Part shown: positions 13,751 through 26,274 of the stretch, one piece after another
Position numbering within the stretch: the first letter of the stretch is position 1
Layout: the number at the start of each line of letters is the position of its first letter
From: Squalus acanthias
Taxonomy: Eukaryota
Assembly (NCBI GenBank): GCA_030390025.1
Contig: CM059431.1
Coordinates: 157,854,001-157,918,000 of the forward strand
Length of the DNA stretch: 64,000 nt
Reading direction: 5' to 3'
Program-made: the position numbers and the translations under genes
The notes under the pieces: generated by a model
Told to the model about the DNA's origin: nothing
Database searches by the model: none
What the model saw: the letters and a program-made list of their open reading frames with translations, nothing else

Positions 13751-15643
13751 GAGATGGCAAAAACACTGAATGAATATTTTGTATCAGTCTTTACAGTAGA
13801 GGACACTAAGAATATCCCAACACTGGACAAACAGGGGGCTATAGGGGGAGAGGAGCTAAACACGATCAAAATCACTAAGGAAGTGTTACTCGGTAAAATA
13901 ATGGGACTCAAGGCGGATAAATCACCTGGACCTGATGGCTTACATCCTAGAGTCTTGAAGGAAGTGGCGGTAGGGATTGTAGATGCATTGGTAATAATTT
14001 TTCAAAACTCCCTGGATTCCGCTAAGGTCCTGGCAGACTGGAAAACTGCTAATGTAACACCCTTATTTAAAAAGGGCAGTAGACAGAAGGCTGGTAACTA
14101 TAGACCGGTTAGCCTAACATCTGTGGTAGGTAAAATTTTGGAGTCCATTATTAAGGAAACAGTAGCAGGACATTTGGATAATCATAATTTAATAGGACAA
14201 AGTCAGCATGGTTTTACGAAGGGGAAGTCATGTTTGACAAATTTGCTGGAGTTCTTTGAGGAAGTAACATATAGAGTGGATAAAGGGGAACCAGTGGACG
14301 TAGTGTATTTAGACTTCCAAAAGGCATTTGACAAGGTGCTACATAAAAGATTATTGCTTAAGGTAAAAAATCACGGGATTGGGGGTAATATTCTGGCATG
14401 GATAGAGGATTAGCTATCTAACAGAAAGCAAAGAGTTGGGATAAATGGTTCATTCTCAGACTGGCAATCAGTAACTAGTGGTGTTCCACAGGGGTCAGTG
14501 CTGGGTCCCCAACTCTTTACAATCTATATTAACGATTTGGAGGAAGGGACCAAGTGTAACATATCAAAATTTGCAGATGATACAAAGATGGGAGGGAAAG
14601 TAGTGAGTGAGGAGGACATAAAAAACCTGCAAGGGGACATAGACAGGCTAAGTAAGTGGGCAGAGATTTGGCAGATGGAATACAACACTGGAAAGTGTGA
14701 GGTGATGCACTTTGGCAGGAAAAATCCTAGAGCAATTTATTATCTTAATGTTAAGAAACTGGAGAGTACTGAAGTGCAAAGGGATCTGGGGGTCCTGGTG
14801 CACGAAACTCAAAAGGTTAGTATGCAGGTGCAGCAAGTGATTAAGAAGGCAAATGGAATGTTGGCTTTCATTGCTAGGGGGATAGAATATAAAAAATAGG
14901 GAGGTATTGCTTCAGTTGTACAAGGTATTGGTGAGACCGCACCTGGAATACTGCATACAGTTTTGGTGTCCTTACTTAAGGAAATACATCCTTGCTCTCG
15001 AGGCAGTGCAAAAAAGGTTCACTCGGTTAATCCCGGGGATGAGGGGGTGGTCATATGAGGAGAGGTTGTGTAGATTGGGACTCTACTCATTGGAGTTCAG
15101 AAGAATGAGAGGCGATCTTATTGAAACATATAAGATTGTGAAGGGGTTGGATCGGGTGGATGCGGGGAGGATGTTCCCGATGACGGGTGAGACTAGAACT
15201 AGGGGACATAGTCTTAGAATAAGGGGCTGCTCTTTCAAAACTGAGATGAGGAGGAACTACTTCACTCAGAGGGTGGTAGGTCCATGGAATATGCTGCCAC
15301 AAAAAGCTGTAGAATCTACATCATTAAATAAATTTAAAACAGAAATAGACAGTTTCCTAGAAGTAAAGGGCATTAAGGGTTACGGGGAGCGGGCAGGAAT
15401 TTGGACATGAGTCTAGGTTCGGATCGGTCATGGCCCTGTGGGTAGTGGAGCGGGCCCAGGGACCGTGTAGCCTGATTCTGCTCCTATTTCGTGCGTGCAA
15501 TTCTGTTAGATGCAGGAGATGTTTCTGTGATAGTAGATTGGCGGTTAGGATCGGATCAGCCATGATCTTATTGAATGGCGGAGCAGGCTCGAGGGGCCGA
15601 TTGGCCTACTCCTGCTCCTATTTCTTATGTTCTTATGTTCTTA
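13751..15643 (+). mobile_element. 5'-truncated CR1 LINE, RT domain and 3' UTR, with in-frame stops
   Basis: Motifs KSPGPDG, NYRPVSLT, DFQKAFDKV, GVPQGSVLGP and FADD. Stops at 14411-14413 and 14897-14899. Ends in a (TTCTTATG)n tail. Confidence 0.95.
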
Positions 15644-15889
15644 TTGGGTGTCATTTAATTTTCAGGAAAAGGCTCGGCACTTGATGCGGCAATTTGACTG
15701 GGGATTCACTGGTATGTAAAGCTAGCCTGGGACTGCGTCATCCATAGATGTACAGGGACATTTGTTCAGTATTCATACCATGCTGTACGTGAGATAGTGT
15801 TCTTCACTCGTTAGTGTCAGAGGAGCTGTAAGTTGCATTGAACACATGATGTATTAAGTTGACTGAGCTTGCGCATGAATATACAGTGA

Positions 15890-16195
15890 GATAGGCACTG
15901 TATCTACCCCACGTCTACCTGCACTGCGACTTTTTGATGGGAATGTTCAGAAGGAATTATACTCTGTATTTTACCTGTGCTGTTCCTGACCTGGGAGTGT
16001 TATATGGGACAGTGTAGATGGAGCATTACTCTGTATCTAGACCGTGCTGTAACTGCCCCGGGAGTGTATGGTGGACCTTGTCGAGGGAACTTAATTGCTT
16101 TTTTAATTCATACAATCCTAAACTGGGTGTGTTTGATGTGACCGTTTAGGCAGAGCTTAACTCTGTATCTACCCCGTGCTGCACATGACCTGGGA
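15890..16195. repeat. Degenerate 67-bp tandem repeat
   Basis: Units resemble CTTTACTCTGTATCTAACCCGTGCTGTACCTGCCCTGGGAGTGTTTGATGGGACAGTGTAGAGGGAG. Confidence 0.8.
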
Positions 16196-17379
16196 GAACA
16201 CAGAGGTGGTTGTTAAATCTTCATCCAAGCACCCTTACCACAAACTGCCTTTCGTTTCCAAGGCAGGACGGAGACACACTTCCTTATATTATTCGAGGGA
16301 CGCCCTGGGGTGTATACATTAAAAAGGTGAACACAAGATCCATTGAAAAGTGGGTGTTCATATTTGGAGGATGGGAGGAGAATGCATAAGAGGAAATTTT
16401 GCGCGGTTGTGCTTCCTGCCTGGAGCCTCAGTACATGGGAACAGGGCCGGAGACAGAACTGAATGTATAACATGTCTTCATGCCCAGTGGGACTGCACAC
16501 CAGGAGCAGAGCATGGTCATGTGACCCTGTGACATCTCGAAGGGGCGGAGCTCCGGCTGATTTGTGACATTGTGACTGGCTGCTGTATGATTGGCTCCTG
16601 GCTCCTTTGTGATGTCACCTGGAGACAGTATCCGACCCTGGTTACACACCTGCAGTGCTGTTAATGTGGGCGGAGCTGGAGTTGGAAGCAGATATTGTGA
16701 ATGAGTATAGTCCCGATAAATAGGGGCATGGAAAGAAAAGAACAATATAAAATTAAAGCAAGTAATTCAACCAAATGTCATTAATTGTAAATATATTAAA
16801 ATTAGATATAATGGTCGTTGCAAAATTAGCCCTTGTTTTCGAGTAACAGATTCCAGAATTAATATGAATCATTTTGATGTTAAAAGATTCTTGGAGTGAG
16901 CATTATCTCAGGAAGGTGGAGAGAGCAGAATCGAATCAGCACCACACTAACTGGAGAAAGGTCGCTGCTTTCACTGAGCAGATCTGGTGGGACCAACACT
17001 CCAATTGTACAAGACGGGATAAAACTGGAAATTTCATGAAAGACTGGAAAGGTGAGGAGCTCCACTGAAAATCCCATTAGTACAGGATTTATTCAAGATG
17101 AGTGTCTAACAAGCTATTGGGAGCCTTTAATTTCTGGCAAAAGGCTCGGCCTTTGATGCAGTAATTTGACTGTAGATTCACTCATATGTAAAGCTCGCCC
17201 ATACTGCGCCTGGGAGAATGAGATACTTACATGTACAGGGATTTCTGCCCTGTATTCATGCCATGCTGTACGTGAGATGGTGGGCTTCATTGGGTAGTAG
17301 AAGATGAGTAGTTTGCTAAATTAGCCACATGCTGTACCTGAATTCACGGTGCTTTACGAACGATTGTAAAGTGAGATCT

Positions 17380-17955
17380 ACACTGTATCTACGTGCTGGG
17401 AATTTTTGATACGCAAGTGTTGAGGGAGCTTTACTCTGTTTCTAACCCGTGCTTTACGTGCCCTATGAGTGTTTGGTGTAACAGTGTCGAGGTAGCTTTA
17501 TTCTGTGTCTGACCCGTGCTGTTTTTATCTTAAGAGTGTTTTGTGGGACTGTTTAGAGGGAGCTTTACTCAGTATCTATCCCCTGCTGTACCTGCCCTTG
17601 GACTGTTTTCTGGAACATTATAGAGGAAGCTTTCCTCTCCATCTAGCCCGTGCAGTATCTGACCTGGAAATTGTGATGGGACTTTGTACAAGGACATGTA
17701 CTCTGTATTTAACCAATACTGTACTTAATCTGGATGTGCTTGATGGAACAATGCAAAAAGAGCTTTACCCTTATATAACGCATACTGTGTTTGATGGAAC
17801 AGCGTAGAGGGAACTTTACATTGAATGTAACCCAAGCTGTACCTGACCTGGGAGTGTTTAATGGGATGGTGTAGAAGTAGTTTTACTCTCCATGTATCTC
17901 GTGCCGTACCGAAACTGCGAGTGTTTGATGGGACAGCGTAGACGAAGTTTTACTA
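17380..17955. repeat. Degenerate 67-bp tandem repeat (paralogue of 15890-16195)
   Basis: AGCTTTA occurs at 17427, 17494 and 17561 (period 67). Confidence 0.85.
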
Positions 17956-19529
17956 TTATTGCACATGATTTCCCCTCCAATTATTTCTCACATAGCCCAA
18001 CTAATTGATAGTACTTATTATCCCTACACATTGCCACTGATGCTCCTTCTTGTTACAGGAAATAGACTGGTTTCAGAATAGAGAGGAGGTTGTTATATCT
18101 TCATCCAAGCACCATTACATCAATCTGCCTTTCTCTGCCAAGACAGGTGGGAGTCAAACTGCCTACTATTTTGCGACGGACTCCTTGAGGTATATAATTC
18201 AAAAGTTCTAAATTTGTGCCATTCAATAGTGGGACATCAGAGTTGGAGGATTAGAGTGGACATTTCGTAAGGGATAATATTTCGCACTTGTGCTTCCTGC
18301 GTGAGGATCCAGTTCATGGAAACGGGGTCGAAGACAGGACTGAATGAATAACATGTGTTCATCGCCAGTGAGACTTCCTACCAGGAGCAGAGTCTGGTCA
18401 TGTGAACCTGTGAAACCTCGACTCTGCGGAGTTCCGGCTGCTTTGTTTTATTGCTACTGGCTGCTGTATGATTGGCTCCTGGCTCCTTTGTGATGTCACC
18501 TGGAGATAGGTTTGCACTCCTGGTTAGGCACCATCAGTGGTGTGTTATTGTGTGCGGAGCTAGAGTTGGCAGCAGATAATGTGTGTGAGTATAGTCCCTA
18601 TAAATAGGGGCAAGAGAAGGAAAGAGCAATGTAATCTTAAAATAAGCAAATAAACAAAATGTCATTAATCGTAAATACATTCAAATTAAATATATTGTTA
18701 TTTGCAGAACGTGTTCCATTGTTTTCGAGTAACCGATTCTAAAATTAACATGAATATTTTTTATTTAAAAAAATTCTAGGAGTGAGAATTATCTTAGGAA
18801 GGTGGAGAGAGCAAATCGAATTAGCTCCACATTAAATGGCAGTAGAGCAAAGTCGCTCATTTCACAGAGCAAATCTGGTGGGACCAACACTACCATTTAA
18901 CAAGACAGCATAAAACAGGAAGCTTCATCAATGACTGGAAAGGCGAGGAGCTCCATCAGTACAGGATTTTTTCAAGATGACAGTCTAACTAGCTATTACA
19001 AGCCGTTTAATTTCTGGCAAAGGGCTCGGCAATTGATTCGTCAATATTACTGGCGATTCACTGCTTTGTAAAGCAAGCCCATACCTCACCTGGAAGTGCG
19101 TGATGTTTACATGTACAGGTATTTTTGTCCTGTGTTCATGCCATGCTGTAGGTGAGATGGTGAGCTTCATTGGGTAGTCTTAGAAGGGCTGTACGCTTAA
19201 TTTGTCACATACTGCATTTGAGTTCATTGTACAATGAAAATTACCAATTAAACTGTTGAATTGTAGCCGGCCTCAGCAACAGAATTTTAATTACACTTTT
19301 CATGTTAACAATCCTATAACAAGCATAAAATGGTCACAGGAATATCCGGGACCTGAATATGTGCTCTTTATCCACTTGATCAGGTGGATCATGACGAGCT
19401 GTTTCACCTTGTCCAGAACTGTAAAACCAGAGATCATGGCCTGAGATTGGTGGGGGTAAATTCAAAACTAATTTCTGGACCCGTTATTTCAATGAGCGAC
19501 GGTCTATCTATGGAACAGACTTGCTCCTA

Positions 19530-19985
19530 ATCTTTAGAATTAAAACTAGAGGACAGGGGAATTCAGCGGAACACGAGAAGCATAATTAGAGATAGAATGA
19601 AGGGGAATTTAGGGGAACACTGTAATGGTTTAATTAGAAATAGAGGTCAGTGGAATATGGCAACTGATATTAGAAATAGAGCCCAGCGGATCAGAATAAC
19701 CATTCATTTAGAAGTAGTGAAAGGGGAAGACAGCAACTGCTCAATTAGAATAGAGGACAAGGAGATTCAGGGGAATAAGCTAACTGTCTGATTAGAAATA
19801 GAATAAAAGGAGACATGGGGTAACACAGCTACAGTTTATTTAAAATTAGGGGACTGGGGAGACAGTAACTGTTTATTTAGAAATAGAGGAGACGGGAATG
19901 TCAGGGAAACACAATAACAGTTTAATTAGAAATAGAGAAACACAAGGGAATACAACAACTGGTTAATTAGAAACAGGGGACGTGG
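19530..19985. repeat. Degenerate purine-rich tandem repeat (~35-50 bp)
   Basis: Recurrent AATTAGAAATAGAG...GGGGAA...ACAG motifs. Confidence 0.75.
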
Positions 19986-21219
19986 AATCTCAACCACATC
20001 AGATTGAATGTGACACGCTAATGCAAGGGTTAATTATTAATACATTTGAATTCTATTTTACCTGTTGAATTTAGATGATGTGATTGACTGCAGGTCGCCT
20101 TCTCAGGACTGTAGCTGGGTGCAGAACATCGCTGACTCATGGAACTAAAACCTCTGCCGGCTGCCTAACTCGGGCCTGAAATACTACTGGTTGTCCGCAT
20201 CCAGGTAAATGAGAATGTGGCTCTTACACAAAACCGGCCGCAACTAGTCACCACTTCCTCCAGAAGCTGGATGCCAGCCGGATTGGCAGAGCCCCGGCTC
20301 CACGGGCCCTGCCACCAAGAGGATTTTGGTTTTGGAGAACGTCTGGGTGAAGTGGAACGTTAAAGTGTGACGGGTAAAGCGGGCTCTTAATCACAGTTAG
20401 TAAATGGAGCCCATTCACAATTAAATTACAAAGCTTATTGTCAGCATAAGCTTTTCAATAATGTTCTTGAACATTGGCGTGAGGTGCCATAGGTTTATTA
20501 AGCACATAATGCATGCAATAGTACTTACACACACACTTAAAAGGTAGAAATTAGAACGACACCTGATGATGGTTGATGTGGAGAACCAAACATGTCACAG
20601 TCCTGAGTTCAGTATCTTAGGCCTTTACCAAGCCGAATACTCATTCAAAACTGCAGGGTTTAATTCATTTTTCACACTCCCTGTATTCGACAATCCACAC
20701 AATTCTGCATTACACAATTATATCAACGTTAATCTGAAACTCCACATAAAGATAGTTTAATTGATTTATCTGATCGATAGTTTCACTCTTGGTCCATATA
20801 ATTGCAATTTTACCAAGTGAAACCTTTAACAATAAGTCTGTCTGTTTCTGTATATATTGTACCAGCTGAAAATGATGATGGATGTCCAAATATTTTCCTT
20901 TGCAGAACTAACTCTCTTCTCAAAATGTTACCATATGATGAAAGTTCCCTGAAATTGCTAAATCTGTTTGAAATGCCATGAGTTTAATTAAATCGCTTAT
21001 TACTTCATCGTGAAACTAACCATTGTTGCAGGGTCAGCCCTGGCCCAACAGCGCAGGGTACTTTAAACAGACCAGTGCTTCCCTGCTTAACAGGAAAAGG
21101 CTTAAGGTATACATTGCTATAGTAGAAAGACAAACAAGCACATTATCACAATATCAGACTTTAGAATATTCTGATTAGTGGAAAATGATTATATTGACCC
21201 GTGGCAAAAGAAAGAATAG

Positions 21220-21665
21220 GAATGATTTGTATTTATATCGCTCCTATCATGACCACCGGCCCTTTACAGCAAATGAAGTATTTTTGAGGTGTAATCACTC
21301 TTCTAATGTAGGAAACACGGCAGCCAATTTACGCACATCAAGCTCCCACAAACAGCAATGTAAAAATGACCAGATAATTTGTTTTTTGTGATGTTAATTG
21401 GGGATACATATTGACTGGGACACCTGGGATAACTCACTGCTCTTCTTCGAATTAGTGCAAAGTATCTTTTACGTCCACCTGAGAGGGCAGGCGGAGCCAC
21501 AGTTTAACGTCTCATTCGAAAGAAGGCACCTCCGACAGTGCAGCACTCCCTCAGCACTGCACTGGCGTGTCAACCTAGATTATGGTAGATTATTGCATCC
21601 CTGGAGCGGGACTTGAAGCCACAAACTTCTCACGAGGTTGCTCCCAGCTGAGCCACGGCTGACCC
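21220..21665 (-). mobile_element. Deu-domain SINE (SacSINE1/AmnSINE1-like)
   Basis: Contains GACAGTGCAGCACTCCCTCAGCACTGCACTGGCGTGTCAACCTAGAT, recognised as the reverse-strand Deu domain. A degenerate tRNA-like head lies at the right end. Confidence 0.75.
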
Positions 21666-21807
21666 AGGGAAAGCACCAGACACAAAACACACGGCACAAA
21701 AAGGAAGAAAGGTTTTCTGATACCTGTTCATTTTCACAGCAACAATCGGCTTTCATTCTAACGGTAACACGGTCATTCTAAAATGGAACACGGGCTGTAA
21801 TGTAACT

Positions 21808-22718
21808 CTACTTAAAGGAAGCTTTAGTTAAATTTTTCATTTTTTTAACCAATATCAGAATTATTGTCCAAGGAAATTTCACCACCTTCTTCAGCTCTTC
21901 CCTGAATTTAGTTGGTGTAGCTGCGTAAATACACGTGTTTGTACAGGAGCTCAAATACATGAGCAGATATCCGCTTCGAGTGGCGATGTACGCAGGAGAT
22001 GTATAATCGGGTCGGTGAAAAACGGCAAGGGTGTTAATTACAAAACTCCCGGCAGATGTCAGACACAACAACATAAAACTGCCCGATACAGTGAATAGTA
22101 AAATGATGGATTTCCTTCGGTTCACCATCTCTGGATCGCTCGGAATCTCACAGCTGTGAACCCGGAGTCCCCTGCGGGCTCCACTGGCAGCTAAAATACG
22201 TCTGATGGTCAAACAATTAAATAGCAATATCAAAACAAATGGAAGACATGGGTTTAAAATATATACTAAGAGAAGGCGATTAATAAAAGACCACACTGGG
22301 GAGGAAACCCCAGGGAACATTGTTGATTATTTGTTTGTGTTCAAAGGCAAACAAACGTGAGATGTTCTCTAAATAAACCGGGACAGAGATCGTTGTTATA
22401 ACCGCGGCCGCAGTTCTCATTGTGCAATAGTTTGTTTTAAATTCATGACAACATACAGCTACAAATCGGTCAAATGTGAAGGAGACGGTAAACCGCACCG
22501 ACATATCCATGCTGGTCGAATTCATGTACACCATGAACTTATTAACGGCAGTGTATGACAGGCATGAATATGGGAAGTGTTTACTGAAAATGTGAAATAC
22601 GATTACATTGATGATCATGACCAGTAGATCTGCTGTTGCCATGGCCACCATGTAGACCGAGATACATTTGGAAAGGCTGCAGTTTCCTATGGAGAGAATC
22701 ACCATTATCAGTAGGTCG
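21808..22718 (-). pseudogene. Class A GPCR, GPR139/GPR142-like, main coding exon; frameshifted
   Basis: Reads VILSIGNCSLSKCISVYMVAMATADLLV...FTFDRFVAVCC, then changes frame near 22300 into YILNPCLPFVLILLFN...RRKSIILLF...SCTNTCIYAAT. The expected splice acceptor reads AC (22719-22720). Confidence 0.88.
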
Positions 22719-22774
22719 GTGTAAAAAAGAGGGACACCAGGTCAGTAACAGGGATACTCAGATAAATCTCACAG

Positions 22775-22968
22775 CAAATGGGGACACCATCACTTCCACT
22801 TCCCCTTCAAGTCACACACCATCCGGACTTAGAAATATATAGCCTTTACTTCATCGTCGCTGGGTCGAAGTCCTGCAACTCCCTCCCTAACAGCACTGTG
22901 GGAGCAGCTTCACCACACGGACTGCAGCGATTCAAGAAGGCGGCTCACCACCTCCTTCTCAAGGCAAC
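22775..22968 (+). mobile_element. LINE 3'-end fragment (family of 12761-13552)
   Basis: QVTHHPDLEIY...HGLQRFKKAAHH matches 13320-13490. Confidence 0.85.
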
Positions 22969-23334
22969 TTGTTCTTTTTCGATAGTCAATAAAGAAGCGG
23001 ATTCCTTACAAACATCCAAACACATATTTCATTGCAGTGTGGAGCGCTGAAACCATCCCGCCATGAGGCTGGTACCATGTGATGCACCGAGCCAATTTTC
23101 TGAGTTACTGCAGCGGCCCCAGGGAGCAATCGATGGAATTTTACATTTGATCTCATCTGTTTAATTGGCGAGGGGAATCTCGGGAGCGGCATTAAATGTC
23201 AACTGTATTCAATATATTTTAAACACAATTACTGGAAAGATCTAATGTAAACATAACATTCAACTGAGACGAAAGTATTCAATTTAGGTCGAAACTCTGT
23301 GCTTTTTTTATTTATAATCGCCCCGAGGGAGCTG

Positions 23335-23523
23335 CTCGACGGAAGTGGTGGAAGCGGACACACTCAATATTTTCAAGGGGAGATTGGATAGGCACTTGAG
23401 GGAAATAAACTTGCAGGGCTACAGGGAAAGAGCGGTGGAATGGGACTGACTGGACCGCTCTACAGAGAGCCAGCAGGAACTCGATGGGCCGAATGGCTTC
23501 CTTCTCTGCCGTTATGACTCTAT
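23335..23523 (+). mobile_element. CR1 3' end with (TATGACTC) tail
   Basis: Closely matches 40960-41150 (GGGCCGAATGG...GCCGTTATGACTCTATG). Confidence 0.85.
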
Positions 23524-24396
23524 GGGGGAAAAATTCAGTTGGTTGCGCCTCCCGTTTGCGCCTTTAGAGGGCGCTAATGGGGCGCAAATCATCTAGCGCC
23601 GAAGCGCGGCGATGGTTGCGCCGCTCGCGACATTAACTAGACATTTTGCGGCGGTGCTAAACAATACTGCCACGATCTCCTGCGCTGGCAGATCATGACG
23701 TCGGTCGAGTGCGCAACGCCCCATTATCGCCCCGGAGCGGATATTGAGTGGCGCCCCCTGCCTTACCACCTGACGCTAGCAACTACATATTGAGGGGAGC
23801 GTTTTGCAGTCATGAAGGGAAAGGGGGAGCTCCGGCCTTTTATTGTTGGTGCCATTTTTGAACCATGCATTCTGAGAGAGAGGGAGAGAGACTTCCGGAG
23901 AGATTCAACGCTGTGTGAAGGAGTTTTGGGCACTGAGCAGCACTTTGCAGGTTCATTTTGATTTGCCATTCCTTGTATCGATTTAGAAGAAACTGTGGGG
24001 GCTGCACTCTGAGCTCTTTCCCTGGTACTCTCCATTGTTCTTTCCAGCAGATTTGATGTGCAGGTCTCTCCAGGCCGAGATTCAAGGCTGCAATGAGCAG
24101 GATGTGGATGAAAAGCAATATCAACCATCCCCTTTAAGAACTGGACCGTGCCATTGTGTGTTTTTTCCATTGCTGACCTACATCACATGAGCTTCGCCAG
24201 CGCTCTGAGGTAGCGCCTCGCTCCTCGGCCTTTGCGCCTTAAGACAGGTGTGAAGCGCCTGATTTAGCGCTCCAATCACCTCCAGTGGCGATAAAAGTCA
24301 AGTTTGCAGTCGGTGGCGATAATTAGTGCCAGGCGCTAATTTTTGCGCCCGGCCGATAATTGCGCCCCAAATGGGGCGATACTGAATTTCTCCCCC
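23524..24396. mobile_element. Non-autonomous DNA transposon (PIF/Harbinger-like MITE), 873 bp
   Basis: 16-bp TIRs GGGGGAAAAATTCAGT and ACTGAATTTCTCCCCC (1 mismatch). 3-bp TSD TAT at 23521-23523 and 24397-24399. GC-rich with subterminal GGCGC/GCGCC motifs. Confidence 0.85.
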
Positions 24397-24424
24397 TATG
24401 AATTTATGACTTAGTGACAAAACT

Positions 24425-24730
24425 TTGAGATCCTGATGTACTTTGAAACCCCATTAACACCTGTCAGTACCTCACACACTGTGACACCCCATACACACCT
24501 GGCAGGATCATGATACATTTTGAATCCCAATACACACCTGGCAGTATCCTGATACAATGAGAAAACCCCATACACACCTGACAGGATCCTGATATACTGT
24601 GAAACCCCATACACACCTGGCAGGATCCTGATACTCTCTTAAAATGGAAGAATGTCGACATGCTGTTAATCATTGAACACAAATGGGAGGATCCTGATAC
24701 GCTGTAAATCCCCATAAGCACCTGGCAACA
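24425..24730. repeat. 39-bp minisatellite, short array
   Basis: Units of GATCCTGATACACTGTGAAACCCCATACACACCTGGCAG; same family as 41470-42810. Confidence 0.88.
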
Positions 24731-25449
24731 ACAACAACTTGTATTTAAATAGCGCCATTAATGAAGTAAACCATGGCGAGTTGCAAACATAATTTGACAC
24801 TGAAGCTCATACTGGATTTTAGGGTAGAAAGCTTGTTCAAATAGTTCTAACACATGCCTGATTATCGGTTCTATTAAAGTCAATGGATCTGAATATTGCG
24901 CGGAGCTTATAACAGGTGATCGATGTAATAATGGTTTTTTGCTTCCCCGCCCCTGGCCAATTTCACTCCGTATCACTTATATTTGACAACTCTATAATTA
25001 CAATATACCCACACAATGACATAAAATAGAATGAGGTCAGTACGGATTATTTTGACTTGTTTCACAAAACGTTATTGATATCGCACAATTTACATGCCAT
25101 ATTTCAGTAAACTGATCGAAATGCAAATTTTTCATGCATCAACTTGGTAGTGTATGAAGGCAAGCTGATTGATTGTGACTTATTGTGAAATTGGTTAGTT
25201 GAACACCATGTGGGTGTTAATTGAATTGAGAGGGGAAGCAAAACGGGTGGTGCTACATCTGCCTCAAGGTAAGCACTCGTTCTGATGTGGCCTTCCATTG
25301 ACCAATAGAACTGAATATCGGGCGGCCTGACATGATGCTGTTAGTGTCCTGCTCTGGTCTCATAATGCGCTTACCTATTGGGAGCAGAGGTTTCAATATG
25401 GACATTACTAGTATTTGTAGGTGAAATAAATCTCCACTGCGCTTCAAAA

Positions 25450-25950
25450 TATGGTAAATTCATATTTTGATACCAATGTTTGTTTACATCGGTATTTTAT
25501 GTATATATATGTGTATGTGCAGACATATATAGAAAATAATAGCACACTTCTTGTAAAAAAAACAAGGTAATAATACATACTGATAGGCAAAAAAAACACA
25601 TTCGCCACCAAATGTAATACACCATAAAGTCTGACCATAACAATATGAAATGTCCAGACATGACAAACAGGAAAATAACGGATTTCCTTCTGCTCTCCAT
25701 CTCTGGGTCTCTGCGACTCTGCACACTGCTCTGACCCCGGAGACTCCTGCTGGCTCCGCTGGCCAATAAAATGTGTCTAACGGTTAAAGCATTGACCAGC
25801 AGAATCCGAACAAATGGAATCTCCGGGTTTAGAATGTAATGAAGGAACTTGTTTTCTGCCCGGACCCGCGTTTCCCCAACATCGTGTGTTACACGACGAA
25901 ACCAGGAGTCGTTCAGAACCCATATTTACCTATGAATATAAAATACCAGC
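25450..25950 (-). pseudogene. Second GPR139-like GPCR fragment (about TM5-TM7 only)
   Basis: FLHYILNPEIPFVRILLVNALTVRHILLASGASRSLRGQS...DPEMESRRKSVIFLF aligns with 21808-22270. No recognisable 5' half. Confidence 0.82.
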
Positions 25951-26274
25951 AATTTATTAAGATTTACTTGGCAATTTATATCGAAGTTTAGAAACCTTCA
26001 TTACCAGAAGCTCAAAATCCAACAGCAAACGGCCCACAATCCTCAAATTGCTTTATGCTACATGTTACTGGCACTTCAGAAATTGTATTGTTCTTTTATT
26101 CTATGAGTGTCTGCGCAATAAAGTGTAAAATAAGTTATGGATCACTCATTGCTGAGATATTTTAAATATTTTTTTATATTTTTGACGATTGGATTCTCCT
26201 TCATAGCACTGGTCTGTTAAATATTTGTCTCCTGAATGGCAATGACTACACCAATGACGTTGTTCATATTCAAG

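Larger units (their letters stand above)
12510..19230 (+). repeat. Diverged tandem segmental duplication, ~1.88-kb unit, about 2.4 copies; the first copy is interrupted by two LINEs
   Basis: GATTGGCTCCTGGCTCCTTTGTGATGTCACCTGGAGA occurs at 16589 and 18470 (offset 1881). The TTGTTTTCGAGTAAC block occurs at ~12692, ~16833 and ~18719. Confidence 0.88.

Noticed and set aside
24815..24970. Possible small MITE
   Set aside because: The terminal inverted repeats and TSD are too degenerate to define.
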